Below, piece after piece: positions 1 to 10,625 of a DNA stretch of 64,000 nt. Within the stretch, counting starts at the first letter, position 1, and each line of letters starts with the position of its first letter. This stretch comes from an uncultured Alphaproteobacteria bacterium. Its GTDB lineage: Bacteria; Pseudomonadota; Alphaproteobacteria; CAAHEQ01; UBA3637. The notes below the pieces were generated by a model, which was given only the letters and a program-made list of their open reading frames with translations, was not told where the DNA came from and ran no database searches. A program made the position numbers and the translations under genes. The DNA lies in the NCBI GenBank assembly GCA_944393195.1, contig CALXZG010000006.1, positions 1,226 through 65,225 on the forward strand, read 5' to 3'.

Positions 1-1467
<1,467 letters not shown>

Positions 1468-2637
1468 TTATGCTGCTTTTTGTAAACTGATTTCCGATTC
1501 CCGAATGTCAAAAAATGACGCCCGTCCCTCTAAATGACCAAAGGTTTCTGTATCCGTGCCGGTCATCCATACCTGCGTCGGCCGATCACATAAAATATCA
1601 AATAACGTATTCCGCCGCCGACTGTCCAAATGTGCCGCAACCTCATCCAACAACAACAAAGGACACATCCCTTGTTCCTGTAATTGCGCCCGCATTTCCG
1701 CTAAAATAATGGAGAGCAATAACGCCTTTTGTTCCCCCGTTGAACAAAGCGAGGCATCCCGATTTTTTTGTTTGTGAATCACTTTAAAGTCCGCCGTGTG
1801 CGGGCCCGCCAAAGATCCACCCTCCGCATAAACTTTCCGGCTACGCCGTAAGCGGTCGAAAAATTGATCTTCAACATCAACGGCAGCCTGTGTCAGCAAA
1901 GCCTGTTCAACCACGCCCGTTAAGCAAATTTCCGCCGTCGGAAACAACGGATCTTCCGATACCGATAAATACCGCGATACCCGTGATACCACGTCCAATC
2001 GCGACGCCGCCACCGCGACACCCGTTTCAACCATTTGCTGTTCTAATCCCGACAACCACGCCGTATCAAAACGCCCTTCACGCAATAAACAACTCCATTG
2101 TTTGAAAGCCGCGTTATAATCACTGAGCCGATTGGCGTGTTGTCCGTCAAAAGCCTGAACCAATCGATCCAAAAAACGGCGCCGCGCCACCGGATCCCCG
2201 CAAAACAATCTGTCTTGCGCCGGGGTCAGCCATAAACACCGCAACACCTGTCCTAAATCACTTTGCTTGGCCGCCGGTTTACCGTCAATGCGAACCTGTC
2301 GCCGTTCGGAACCGTCCACGGTTCCCGTTCCGACCTGCACAACACCGCACGGTGTTTGTACCGTTGCCGAAACACTCCAACGCGCCGGTAAAACATCAAC
2401 CCCGTCCGGAACAATGTCTTCCGCCCGTCGTGCCACATCCGCCAAGCGTGCCGACCGCAGGCCGCGCCCCGGTGTTAAAAATGAAACCGCTTCTAAAATA
2501 TTCGTCTTGCCCGCACCGTTATGCCCCGTCAGGATAACCGGCTCAAAAGACGGGTTGAGTCGCAACGTCGCACTTTCGTACGATCGAAATTGCGTCAACC
2601 GCAATTGGCAAATTCCCGTCTTTTGAATACCGTCCAT
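1468..2637 (-). CDS. recF: DNA replication and repair protein RecF
   Basis: 389 aa ORF. It has an N-terminal Walker A (GHNGAGKTNILEA), the SMC-like signature LSTGEQKALLLSIILA and Walker B LLLLDEV. It sits between dnaN and gyrB. Confidence 0.92.
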   Translation of the reverse strand: MDGIQKTGICQLRLTQFRSYESATLRLNPSFEPVILTGHNGAGKTNILEAVSFLTPGRGLRSARLADVARRAEDIVPDGVDVLPARWSVSATVQTPCGVVQVGTGTVDGSERRQVRIDGKPAAKQSDLGQVLRCLWLTPAQDRLFCGDPVARRRFLDRLVQAFDGQHANRLSDYNAAFKQWSCLLREGRFDTAWLSGLEQQMVETGVAVAASRLDVVSRVSRYLSVSEDPLFPTAEICLTGVVEQALLTQAAVDVEDQFFDRLRRSRKVYAEGGSLAGPHTADFKVIHKQKNRDASLCSTGEQKALLLSIILAEMRAQLQEQGMCPLLLLDEVAAHLDSRRRNTLFDILCDRPTQVWMTGTDTETFGHLEGRASFFDIRESEISLQKAA

Positions 2638-2638
2638 C

Positions 2639-3754
2639 CTAAACCCGCATCGGCATTAACACATATAACGCGCCGTCATCCGCCGCATCACGCAACACAA
2701 CCGGCGATACATTGTCGTTCAGGCTCATCCGAACAGAGCCGCCTTTGATTTGCCCCAAAATATCCAGCAGATAGCGATAGTTGAATCCGATTTCCAAATC
2801 ATCCCCCGTATAAACGGCATCCATTTCGTCTTCCGCCGATCCTTCATCCGCCGAAGCCGCCGTCACACGCAATAAGTTCGTTGTCAAACTTAACTTAATC
2901 CCGCGCGATTTTTCGGATACCACCGATACCCGTTCAATCACACCCGACAAAACACCGGCATCCGCTTCGGCAACCTTTTCATTTGCCGCCGGAATGACTT
3001 TTTCATACTCCGGATACGTTCCGTCAATTAAACGCGATGCCAAAACCACGTCTCCTAACGAAAAACGGATTTGATTCGCCGACAAAGAAACAGCCACATC
3101 GCCTTCAATTTCCGAAGCCAGCTTGGCAATTTCCCCGATTGTCTTACGCGGAATAATCACGCCCGGCATACCTTCTGCCCCGGCAGGTAACGCAATCTTA
3201 GCACACGCCAACCGATGTCCGTCCGTTGCCACGGCCGTCAAAGCCGCCGCTTCCCCCTGTTTTTCGTGCAGGTAAATACCGTTCAGGTTATAGCGCGTTT
3301 CTTCCATCGACACGGCAAATCCCGTTTTATTAATCAATCCCAATAAATCCGTTGATGTCATACCGAAAGAAAACGGCATATTTTCCTGTACCATTGTCGG
3401 GAAACCGTCCGCCGGCAAGACAGACAGGGAAAACTTTGCCCGACCCGACGTTAACGATAAAACGCCCGTTTCATCCGATACCTGCATCGCTACCTGAGCG
3501 CCGTCCGGCAACCGTTTCACGATGTCATACAGTTTGTGTGCCGGCACCGTCACGGATCCGGCCGTTCCAACCACCGCCGGTACGGTTTCTTGAATTTCAA
3601 TCTCATTATCCGTGGCTTTGATTAAAATCCGTCCGTCGCCCGCTTCAATCAGAACGTTCGACAAAATAGGGATTGTCTGTCGCCGTTCAACCACGCTTTG
3701 CGTATGAGCCAAAGACTTTAACAGTTGTGCTTTTTCAATCGTAATCTGCATCAT
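2639..3754 (-). CDS. dnaN: DNA polymerase III beta sliding clamp
   Basis: 371 aa with N-terminus MQITIEKAQLLKSLAHTQSVVERRQTIPILSNVLIEA and C-terminus YVLMPMRV, both typical of DnaN. The dnaN-recF-gyrB order supports the call. Confidence 0.93.
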   Translation of the reverse strand: MMQITIEKAQLLKSLAHTQSVVERRQTIPILSNVLIEAGDGRILIKATDNEIEIQETVPAVVGTAGSVTVPAHKLYDIVKRLPDGAQVAMQVSDETGVLSLTSGRAKFSLSVLPADGFPTMVQENMPFSFGMTSTDLLGLINKTGFAVSMEETRYNLNGIYLHEKQGEAAALTAVATDGHRLACAKIALPAGAEGMPGVIIPRKTIGEIAKLASEIEGDVAVSLSANQIRFSLGDVVLASRLIDGTYPEYEKVIPAANEKVAEADAGVLSGVIERVSVVSEKSRGIKLSLTTNLLRVTAASADEGSAEDEMDAVYTGDDLEIGFNYRYLLDILGQIKGGSVRMSLNDNVSPVVLRDAADDGALYVLMPMRV

Positions 3755-3930
3755 TTTCCATTATTCCTTTTTCGGTGTTTTAAATTCAAGTGAAGTATAC
3801 CCGAAAACCGCCGCCAAGGAAAGCAAAAAAAGCATAAAAAAACACTTTTTTTGATATTTTTTACTAACCCCCTTTTTTTTTGAAATAAAAATAGGTATAA
3901 GAGAAGAATATCTCAGAAAAGGAAGGCACG

Positions 3931-6333
3931 ATGACATCAAAAAAACACCCGTTGGAATTAACCGTCGACCAAGTTTACACGCCCTGTCAATTAACCGAAC
4001 AGGATTTAACCGCTTTGTCGGAAAATCATTTGATTATCGGTCAAGAACGGGCGATGGAGGCTCTTTCGTTCGGGATTCAAATGGATGCCAACGGTTATAA
4101 CATTTTTTGTACGGGGCCCAAAGGTGTCGGGCGGACAAGTCTTTCCCTTGAAGTCATTCGCCAATACGCCGCGACACAAAAAACGCCCGATGATTGGTGC
4201 TTTGTCCATAACTTTGAAATACCGCATCAACCGGTCGCCCTTAATTTCCCCGCCGGTAAAGGTCGTACTTTCGAACGCGAGATTAAAAAGCTTGCTCAAA
4301 CCCTGAAAACGCAAGTGGCCAATACTTTTTCCGACGAAAATTACCAAATTAAAATCGCCCGTATCGAACAAAAGTATCGTGCGGATAAAGATGCTTTCTT
4401 TACCATGCTACAACAATTGGTCGAAAGCAAAAATGTTACGTTGACCAAAACAGAAACGGGTGTTGTTGTCGGACCCGTCAAAAACGGAAAGTTGCTCACC
4501 CCCGAGGTCTTTAACAAGTTACCGAAAGCCGAGCGCAAATCCATTTTGGAACAAATGCAGGCGGCGCAGAAAAAATTAGAAAAAGCAATCAAAGATACGC
4601 CTTCTTGGGAATCCGATCAACAAGAGGAAATCAACAAATTGAACACCGACCTGATGACCAAAATAGCGGATACGGCCCTTAAAAATCTGCGTAAAACATA
4701 TGCCAAACATGCCGGTGTCATTACGTTTTTTAACGGCATTCGCCAAAGCCTGATTGACGCGTTGGGGATTTTATTGCCCTCCGACAGTTTGCCGGACGAT
4801 TCCGTCGGGGAACAGGCCGCCGCCCTCTGGTCACGGTACTCTGCCAATTTGATTGTCAGTCATAAACCCAACGAAGGCGCGCCGGTCGTCCATGTCAACC
4901 ACCCGACGTTGTCCAACCTGTTGGGTAAAATTGAACGCGTGCAGTTGCAAGGTACCTTGACCACCGACTTTTCGTTAATTCGTCCCGGCGCTCTACATCT
5001 GGCAAACGGCGGGTATTTGGTTATCGAAGCCCGTGATTTGCTTGAAAACGCACCGACTTGGAACGCTTTAAAACGGTGTCTTTTTTCCAAAAAAATTAAA
5101 ATGGAATCCGGGATTGACGACAATTCCATTTTCGGTGTGATTTCCCAAGATCCGATGTCCATTCCCTTGAACGTCAAAGTGGTCTTAATCGGCGAACCGG
5201 CCCTGTACTATACGTTGGCGGAACAAGATGACGAATTCAGCGAATTGTTTAAAATCCAATCCCGATTCGCGGAGAAAATGGATCGTACCCGTGATACCGA
5301 ACAAAAATATGCCCAGTTGCTTGCCAACTTTATCCGATCCGAACACCTTAAACCGTTTTCGGCGGGTGCTATTTTCCGGATGATAGAGCAAGCCTCCCGT
5401 TGGTCCAATGATCAACAAAAGTTGAGTACATACCTTGTCCATGCGAACGACCTGATGCGCGAATCCAACTTTATCGCCACCCGCGAAAAAGCAAAATTCG
5501 TCGATATTGTGCATGTTGAAAAAGCCTTGGCCGCCCGACGGAAGCGATTCGGTGCCGCCGAAAGCGACCTGATGGAAGCCATTCAACGCGGTTTGATTGC
5601 CATTACGACAACCGGTCGACAAGTCGGTCAGATCAATGCGTTGGTCGTTCACGATTTCGGTTTTTATTCATTCGGTCGTCCCAATCGGGTTACGTGCCAA
5701 ATTCGCCTTGGCCACGGTGATTTCGTGGATATAGAACGGGAAGTCGAACTTGGCGGACCGATTCATTCCAAAGGTGTTTTGATTCTTTCTTCTTTCCTGG
5801 CGTCGCGCTTTGCCAAGACGACACCGTTGTCTTTGGATGCCAGCCTTGTTTTCGAACAATCCTATAACGAAGTTGACGGCGATTCCGCGTCCTCGGCTGA
5901 ATTGTACTGCCTGTTATCCACGATTGCCGATATTCCGTTGAAGCAATCTTTGGCGGTCACCGGATCCGTGAATCAGTTGGGTGAAATCCAAGCCGTCGGT
6001 GCCGTGAACGAAAAAATCGAAGGCTTCTTTAATGTCTGTCAGGCGCAAGGTTTGACCGGAGATCAAGGCGTTATCATTCCCGCGACAATTCAACAAAATT
6101 TGATGTTGAAACCGGAAGTGACGGAAGCCATCCGTGCCGGTCGTTTCCACATCTATGCCGTCCGAACGGTTGATGAAGGGATGGAGATCCTGACCGGTCT
6201 TAAAGCCGGCAAGCCGACGAAAAACGGAACGTATCCGCCGAACACGGTGAACGGTCGCGTTGCCGCTCGCCTGCGCGATTACTTTAAATTATCCCAAAAG
6301 GCCGGTACCGCCGCATCCCGTAAAAAAGCGTGA
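3931..6333 (+). CDS. Lon-like protease (LonC/YcbZ-type: AAA-like module with a long helical insertion plus an S16 Ser-Lys protease domain)
   Basis: 800 aa. The Walker-A-like motif GPKGVGRTS has Arg in place of the canonical Lys. A coiled-coil insertion spans about residues 120-260. The C-terminal S16 motifs are DGDSASSAE (catalytic Ser) and VNEKIEGFF (Lys). Confidence 0.75.
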   Translation: MTSKKHPLELTVDQVYTPCQLTEQDLTALSENHLIIGQERAMEALSFGIQMDANGYNIFCTGPKGVGRTSLSLEVIRQYAATQKTPDDWCFVHNFEIPHQPVALNFPAGKGRTFEREIKKLAQTLKTQVANTFSDENYQIKIARIEQKYRADKDAFFTMLQQLVESKNVTLTKTETGVVVGPVKNGKLLTPEVFNKLPKAERKSILEQMQAAQKKLEKAIKDTPSWESDQQEEINKLNTDLMTKIADTALKNLRKTYAKHAGVITFFNGIRQSLIDALGILLPSDSLPDDSVGEQAAALWSRYSANLIVSHKPNEGAPVVHVNHPTLSNLLGKIERVQLQGTLTTDFSLIRPGALHLANGGYLVIEARDLLENAPTWNALKRCLFSKKIKMESGIDDNSIFGVISQDPMSIPLNVKVVLIGEPALYYTLAEQDDEFSELFKIQSRFAEKMDRTRDTEQKYAQLLANFIRSEHLKPFSAGAIFRMIEQASRWSNDQQKLSTYLVHANDLMRESNFIATREKAKFVDIVHVEKALAARRKRFGAAESDLMEAIQRGLIAITTTGRQVGQINALVVHDFGFYSFGRPNRVTCQIRLGHGDFVDIEREVELGGPIHSKGVLILSSFLASRFAKTTPLSLDASLVFEQSYNEVDGDSASSAELYCLLSTIADIPLKQSLAVTGSVNQLGEIQAVGAVNEKIEGFFNVCQAQGLTGDQGVIIPATIQQNLMLKPEVTEAIRAGRFHIYAVRTVDEGMEILTGLKAGKPTKNGTYPPNTVNGRVAARLRDYFKLSQKAGTAASRKKA

Positions 6334-6379
6334 TTTTTTCGATTTAGTCCCTTTTATTTTCCATTTCAGAAGGTTAAAA

Positions 6380-6409
6380 AGCCCCCCGATTAAGTCGGGG
6401 GTGACGGGG
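6380..6409. repeat. REP-like palindromic element, type A (AGACCCCCGAT-N-GTCGGGGGTGACGG family)
   Basis: The sequence aagccccccgattaagtcgggggtgacgggg has a CCCCCGA/TCGGGGG stem. Near-identical copies lie at 46589-46617 and 48227-48256. Confidence 0.7.
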
Positions 6410-6420
6410 TATTTATTCAA

Positions 6421-6447
6421 AGATTCCCGCCCGTGCGGAAGCGATGG
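6421..6447. repeat. REP-like palindromic element, type B, degenerate (AAAGATCCYCG-N-CGRGGATGACGG family)
   Basis: The sequence agattcccgcccgtgcggaagcgatgg resembles 48324-48352 (aaagatccccgcctgcgcggggaggacgg), but its stem is imperfect. Confidence 0.4.
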
Positions 6448-6649
6448 AAAGTATCAAAAGGATGGTGAAAAGGGAAGGATGGCAGGGGAATAAATAAACA
6501 CGAAAATGATAGGAAGCGATTAGTGGCGTGCGGGTAGAAATGAAAATAACCCTTTACAGTATCGATATTTTCCTTGATTCATCTTTCTTTTTATGATAAA
6601 CGAATGCTATCATCATATCAGGATTTTTTTGTAATCAGAGGAGTGTTAA

Positions 6650-7806
6650 GTGTTGGGTATGCATCAAGAAACCGGTCGGAGTATGGTTGAAACGCTGGGC
6701 GTGTTGGCGGTTATGGGGTTATTGTCCATCGTTGGTGTTATGGCCTATCGATATGCGATTGACAGAATGAATGCAAGCGGGATTATTGATGAAGTGCGGA
6801 AACGGGCTGTGGTCGCCAGTCAGCAGCGGATTTTAGGTCAGTCAATTGATCTGTCGGAATATGGGGATAACGCAATACAGGGGCATCCGGTGACACCGGC
6901 GGATAATTATGAAGGGGATTCTTCTTTCTTTACATTAACGATATCGGGGGTCCCAAACGGGTGTGTGATCATGTCATTCGCGAAAAGATGCCTTTTGCCG
7001 TTGCGGAAAAAGTCGGCGGTGTACAGGTTGTGGATGGCATGACCTGCATCGACGGGGAAAACACGATTATTTTTGCCTTTGCGAATACATTGGACAGTAA
7101 CGCGGTACCGGCGGTGTTGGATCCGGCGTGTTGGGGTGTGACGTGTCCGGCTGGAAGCAATTGTTCGAACGGGTTTTGCCTGTGTTCATCGGGGCAGGAA
7201 GTTTGCGGAGAAATATGTTGTCCGGACGGACAGATGTGTTCAAGTCGCTTTGCCGGTTGTGTGGAGGCAACGGGGTGTTTAAGCAATGCGGATTGCAATG
7301 AGGGTGAGTATTGTTTGATCAGTGCGACCAAAGATATGTCAGAAACAACTTGCTATAAGGATTACAATGGCGTTTGCATGACTTTGACGGATGGAACGGA
7401 AACCGAAATCGAAGGTGTGGGAACGGTGTTCAGGAGCAATGTTGAAGTCGGTAGTTGGTGGGCAGCTAAAAATTGGTGCCAGGCGCATGGAAAACGTCTG
7501 ATGAGGATTAGCAATAACCGCTTGGGGTGTTATCGGGAAAGTGACGGAACGACACCTTTCGGTGAAACGACGACCGGTTATTGTTGTGCCGAAAACCAAG
7601 CCGGTTGTAGTGATGACAAAACGAAACAAAGTATTCTGATGCAAGAATTAAGGAATAAATTGAGTGACGGAACCGTTTGGTTGGAAACGGATTTCAGTTC
7701 TTGTGTTGCGTCCTATATGTTGTTATCCATTGGTGGGATCGGTAATTCATCCCGTGGCTATAACGATTATGCTCTGTGTGAGGAGACGACCGCTTCCGGT
7801 TTGTGA
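6650..7806 (+). pseudogene. Modular pilin-like / Cys-rich / lectin-like family member P1, split into two frames (6650-7042 and 6958-7806); either a pseudogene or a -1 frameshift gene
   Basis: Frame 1 encodes the leader plus GRSMVETLGVLAVMGLLSIVG and the pilin-head N-half. Frame 2 continues (R)VCDHVIREK...IIFAFANTLD, then the Cys-rich region and the WWAAKNWCQAHGKRL...YALCEE tip. The two parts are colinear with the intact paralog at 29792-31063. Relative to that paralog, one nucleotide is missing at 6952-6958 (gtcccaaacggg versus gtcccgcaacggg). Confidence 0.8.
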
Positions 7807-7973
7807 ACCGATTGATAATCCATATAAATCAAACAGATCGTTAAAAAATATTGAAAAAGGAGGGATTGTTCACTGCGTTCATCCCTCACGTTGTTCGGGA
7901 CCGCCTGATGGCGTCCGCTTCGCTATTGCTTCGCGAGCGAACCCTCTGCTCGGGTTCTTCATCCCTCCCTATT

Positions 7974-7995
7974 AAAAAAGCACCCGGGTGGGTGC
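7974..7995 (-). terminator. Intrinsic terminator downstream of tRNA-Ser
   Basis: On the minus strand a GCACCC-ACCC-GGGTGC hairpin is followed by TTTTTT. Confidence 0.6.
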
Positions 7996-7999
7996 TATA

Positions 8000-8090
8000 T
8001 GGCGGAAAGGGAGGGATTCGAACCCTCGGTACAAACAAGTTGTACAACAGATTTCGAGTCTGCCGCATTCGACCACTCTGCCACCTTTCC
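8000..8090 (-). tRNA. tRNA-Ser (anticodon CGA), class II with long variable arm, encoded CCA
   Basis: The reverse complement folds by hand: GGAAAGG-TG-...-GCAGA CTCGAAA TCTGT-long variable arm-GAGGG TTCGAAT CCCTC-CCTTTCC-G-CCA. Confidence 0.9.
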
Positions 8091-8409
8091 ATCGTGTGTG
8101 GGGTTGTGTCCGATCCGACAGACTCTCAATCTGTTGTCCGTTTGCGTTCCGCAAACACAGATTAGTCCTTCGGGCTTACGCCCTTCGTTCATCTCCGCCA
8201 AGGCGTCGATAACGAGTCTGCCGCTTATCATTCACTCTGCCACCTTTCCATCGTGTGTGGGGTTGTGTCCGATCCGACAGACTCTCAATCTGTTGTTCGT
8301 TTGCGTGCCGCAAACACAGATTAGTCCTTCGGGCTTACGCCCTTCGTTCATCTCCGCCAAGGCGTCGATAACAAGTCTGCCGCTTATCATTCACTCTGCC
8401 ACATTTTCC
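8055..8409. repeat. Tandem direct repeat, period ~159 bp, ~2.2 copies; each copy carries a degenerate 5' half of tRNA-Ser
   Basis: Unit starts fall at 8055, 8213 and 8372. The copies are near-identical. Copies 2 and 3 contain GGAAAGGTGGCAGAGTGAATGATAAGCGGCAGACTCG, compared with the tRNA 5' half GGAAAGGTGGCAGAGTGGTCGAATGCGGCAGACTCG. Confidence 0.9.
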
Positions 8410-8545
8410 GGTTGTCCGGAAAGCATCGGTCTGATTGCGATAGAGGATGTATAGCCGATTTTTTAAAAAAATGCAAGGGAAAAGCATTTTTTTGTGTCTT
8501 TTTTATTTTGTTTGGGGTATCTTTAAACTTGCGAGGAGGAAGCCG

Positions 8546-10624
8546 ATGCGTTTATTCAACTTGTTTTATTGGATACGGTATTACAAAAATTGGATTATAT
8601 CCATTTTTATTTTTACGATTTTATTTTTTATTTCGGTTTTTTTAAGCTATGAATGGAGCTTGCGTTTCGCCGGATTGAATACGCCTTTGGTGGCTTTTGT
8701 GTATGAATCGTTATCGCATACGATGTTTTTGTATGGAACGGTTGTTTTGATCGGACTTATTTTGGTTGCTGCTGTGCGACTAATCGGTTTTTTTCAGGCC
8801 AAGGATGTTGAAATTCTGTTACAGGCGACGACGCGTGAATTGCGGCGTCAGAATAAAAAGCAAGGCGATGAAATTCGACAGTTATTTTCCGTATTAATGC
8901 GTGAAAATATCGGTATTTTGGTGACAAAAGGGGGAAAGGTCGTTTGGGGAAATCAGGCGATGGACATCTTTTTAAAGGGGCGTCCGAACGATTGGCGTGG
9001 TCATGTGGCGGCGGATTTGTTTGCCGAACCGAATGAGATTGCCAAAATTATCGGCAAGGGGCGGCGGTTTGCTTTTAAGAGTAAGACGTGGACGATGCAG
9101 AGTTTGTTGACGAATCGGATGGGGCGGCGGATTTTATATCAGGTTTTTTCATTCGCGTTGAAAGAGGGAAATCCGCGTCAGGGAATGGTGTGGTTGTTTC
9201 AGGATTTTTCGGCCGAAGCACGGAATATTGAGTTGGAAAAATATTATCAGACGGTATTTCGTGTCTTATCGATTTTGCATCACTTTAACGATAATGATAA
9301 CGAGTATGATTTATTGCGTCATATGTTGAATGAAGTGATCGGTATTTACGGATTAAAAACGGCCTTCTTTTTGGGGTATCGGGATAAAAAATTGCATGTC
9401 GATTTTGTTGTCGGGGACGATCATGCTTTCCCGCACGTAATGAAGGATATTGATTTGGAAGATCCGGCGTTGCAGGGTGTGGCCGTGGTTAAGGCTTTTA
9501 TGACGCTCAGGGCGGTCGGATACAGTGATATTCGCAATATTCCGTATTATCAGGAATCTTTTGCGCGAAAGAACAGAAAGCCGGTGTTATCAACGTATGC
9601 TTTTCCGATTGTGATTGAAGGAAAGATTGAAGGCGTTGTCAGTTTGTATGGGCATGCGGTCGGATTTTTCTCGGACAGTTTAATTTTCCGCTTGCAACAA
9701 TTATTATCGGAAATTTGTGAGAATATTGCGGCTATTCGACTACGGCGGCGGACTCAGGTTGCGATTCATCAATATGAAGAACGGTTGCGTTTACAGATTC
9801 ATGAGTTGGAAAGCAACAAAGAAATCATGCAGAAGCAGACGGATGAATTAAACTTAATTATTCATGATTTGGTTGAAGCGCGGGATGCAGCCGAATCGGC
9901 AAATACGGCTAAATCCGAATTTTTGGCGCACATGAGTCATGAACTGCGGACACCGTTGAATGCTATTTTGGGATTTTCGGAAGTTATGCAGAATGGTGTT
10001 TTCGGGCCGGTTCCGGACAAGTATCAGGAATATGTCCGGTATATTTATACAAGTGGGCAATATTTATTGTCTTTGATCAATGATATTTTAGATTTATCGA
10101 GTGTTGAGGGCGGACATCAAAAATTAGTCGATACACAGGTTTTGGTTGAATCTGTTTTACAGGATGCGATTGGAATTATTCGTCGATATCCGGGGGGAAG
10201 TACGCGTGAAATCACTTGGCATTCCGCAACGATGCATCCGACATTATATTTGGATGAACGGTCATTAAAGCAGATATTTTTAAATATTTTATCGAATGCC
10301 GTGAAGTTTACAACGGATGAAGGCGGTAAGATTCATATTGAAATCGGTTTGACGAAAAAGAAAGAAATGCGCATTGTGATATCGGATAACGGTATCGGTA
10401 TTCCGAAAGACAAAGCACAGCAGTTGTTTCAGCCTTTCAGTCAGGTTGAAAATGTGTTGACGCGACGGCACAAGGGAACCGGGCTTGGGTTGGTATTGAT
10501 TAAGCGTTTAATGGAATTACAGCAAGGTAAGGTTACGTTGGACAGTGAGGTTGGAAAAGGGACATCGTTGATTTTAACCTTTCCGAGAGAACGGGTTATT
10601 TTAGCAAAGAGAAGGAAAAAATAG
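8546..10624 (+). CDS. Membrane sensor histidine kinase (TM, PAS/GAF-like sensory region, HisKA, HATPase_c)
   Basis: H-box SEFLAHMSHELRTPLNAILGF, N-box LNILSNAVKFT and G-boxes DNGIGI and GTGLGL are present. I place the start at ATG 8546, preceded by a GAGGAGGA RBS. The track ORF begins at 8447. Confidence 0.85.
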   Translation: MRLFNLFYWIRYYKNWIISIFIFTILFFISVFLSYEWSLRFAGLNTPLVAFVYESLSHTMFLYGTVVLIGLILVAAVRLIGFFQAKDVEILLQATTRELRRQNKKQGDEIRQLFSVLMRENIGILVTKGGKVVWGNQAMDIFLKGRPNDWRGHVAADLFAEPNEIAKIIGKGRRFAFKSKTWTMQSLLTNRMGRRILYQVFSFALKEGNPRQGMVWLFQDFSAEARNIELEKYYQTVFRVLSILHHFNDNDNEYDLLRHMLNEVIGIYGLKTAFFLGYRDKKLHVDFVVGDDHAFPHVMKDIDLEDPALQGVAVVKAFMTLRAVGYSDIRNIPYYQESFARKNRKPVLSTYAFPIVIEGKIEGVVSLYGHAVGFFSDSLIFRLQQLLSEICENIAAIRLRRRTQVAIHQYEERLRLQIHELESNKEIMQKQTDELNLIIHDLVEARDAAESANTAKSEFLAHMSHELRTPLNAILGFSEVMQNGVFGPVPDKYQEYVRYIYTSGQYLLSLINDILDLSSVEGGHQKLVDTQVLVESVLQDAIGIIRRYPGGSTREITWHSATMHPTLYLDERSLKQIFLNILSNAVKFTTDEGGKIHIEIGLTKKKEMRIVISDNGIGIPKDKAQQLFQPFSQVENVLTRRHKGTGLGLVLIKRLMELQQGKVTLDSEVGKGTSLILTFPRERVILAKRRKK

Positions 10625-10625
10625 C

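Noticed and set aside
6395-6409. Similarity between the REP type-A right arm (GGTCGGGGGTGACGG) and the conserved start of the hypervariable tract (GGTCGGGKCTRAC)
   Set aside because: The match is only ~12 of 15 nt in a GC-rich motif. It is too short to distinguish from chance, so I make no functional claim.
8055-8409. Possible CRISPR array
   Set aside because: The units are 159 bp and contiguous, with no unique spacers. No cas genes are present and part of each unit is tRNA-derived, so this is a tandem duplication and not a CRISPR.
7999-8454. 151-aa plus-strand ORF spanning tRNA-Ser and the 159-bp tandem repeats
   Set aside because: Its sequence is the repeat translated twice (SATFPSCVGLCPIRQTLNLL... 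occurs twice). It overlaps a tRNA gene on the opposite strand, so it is an artefact of the repeat.
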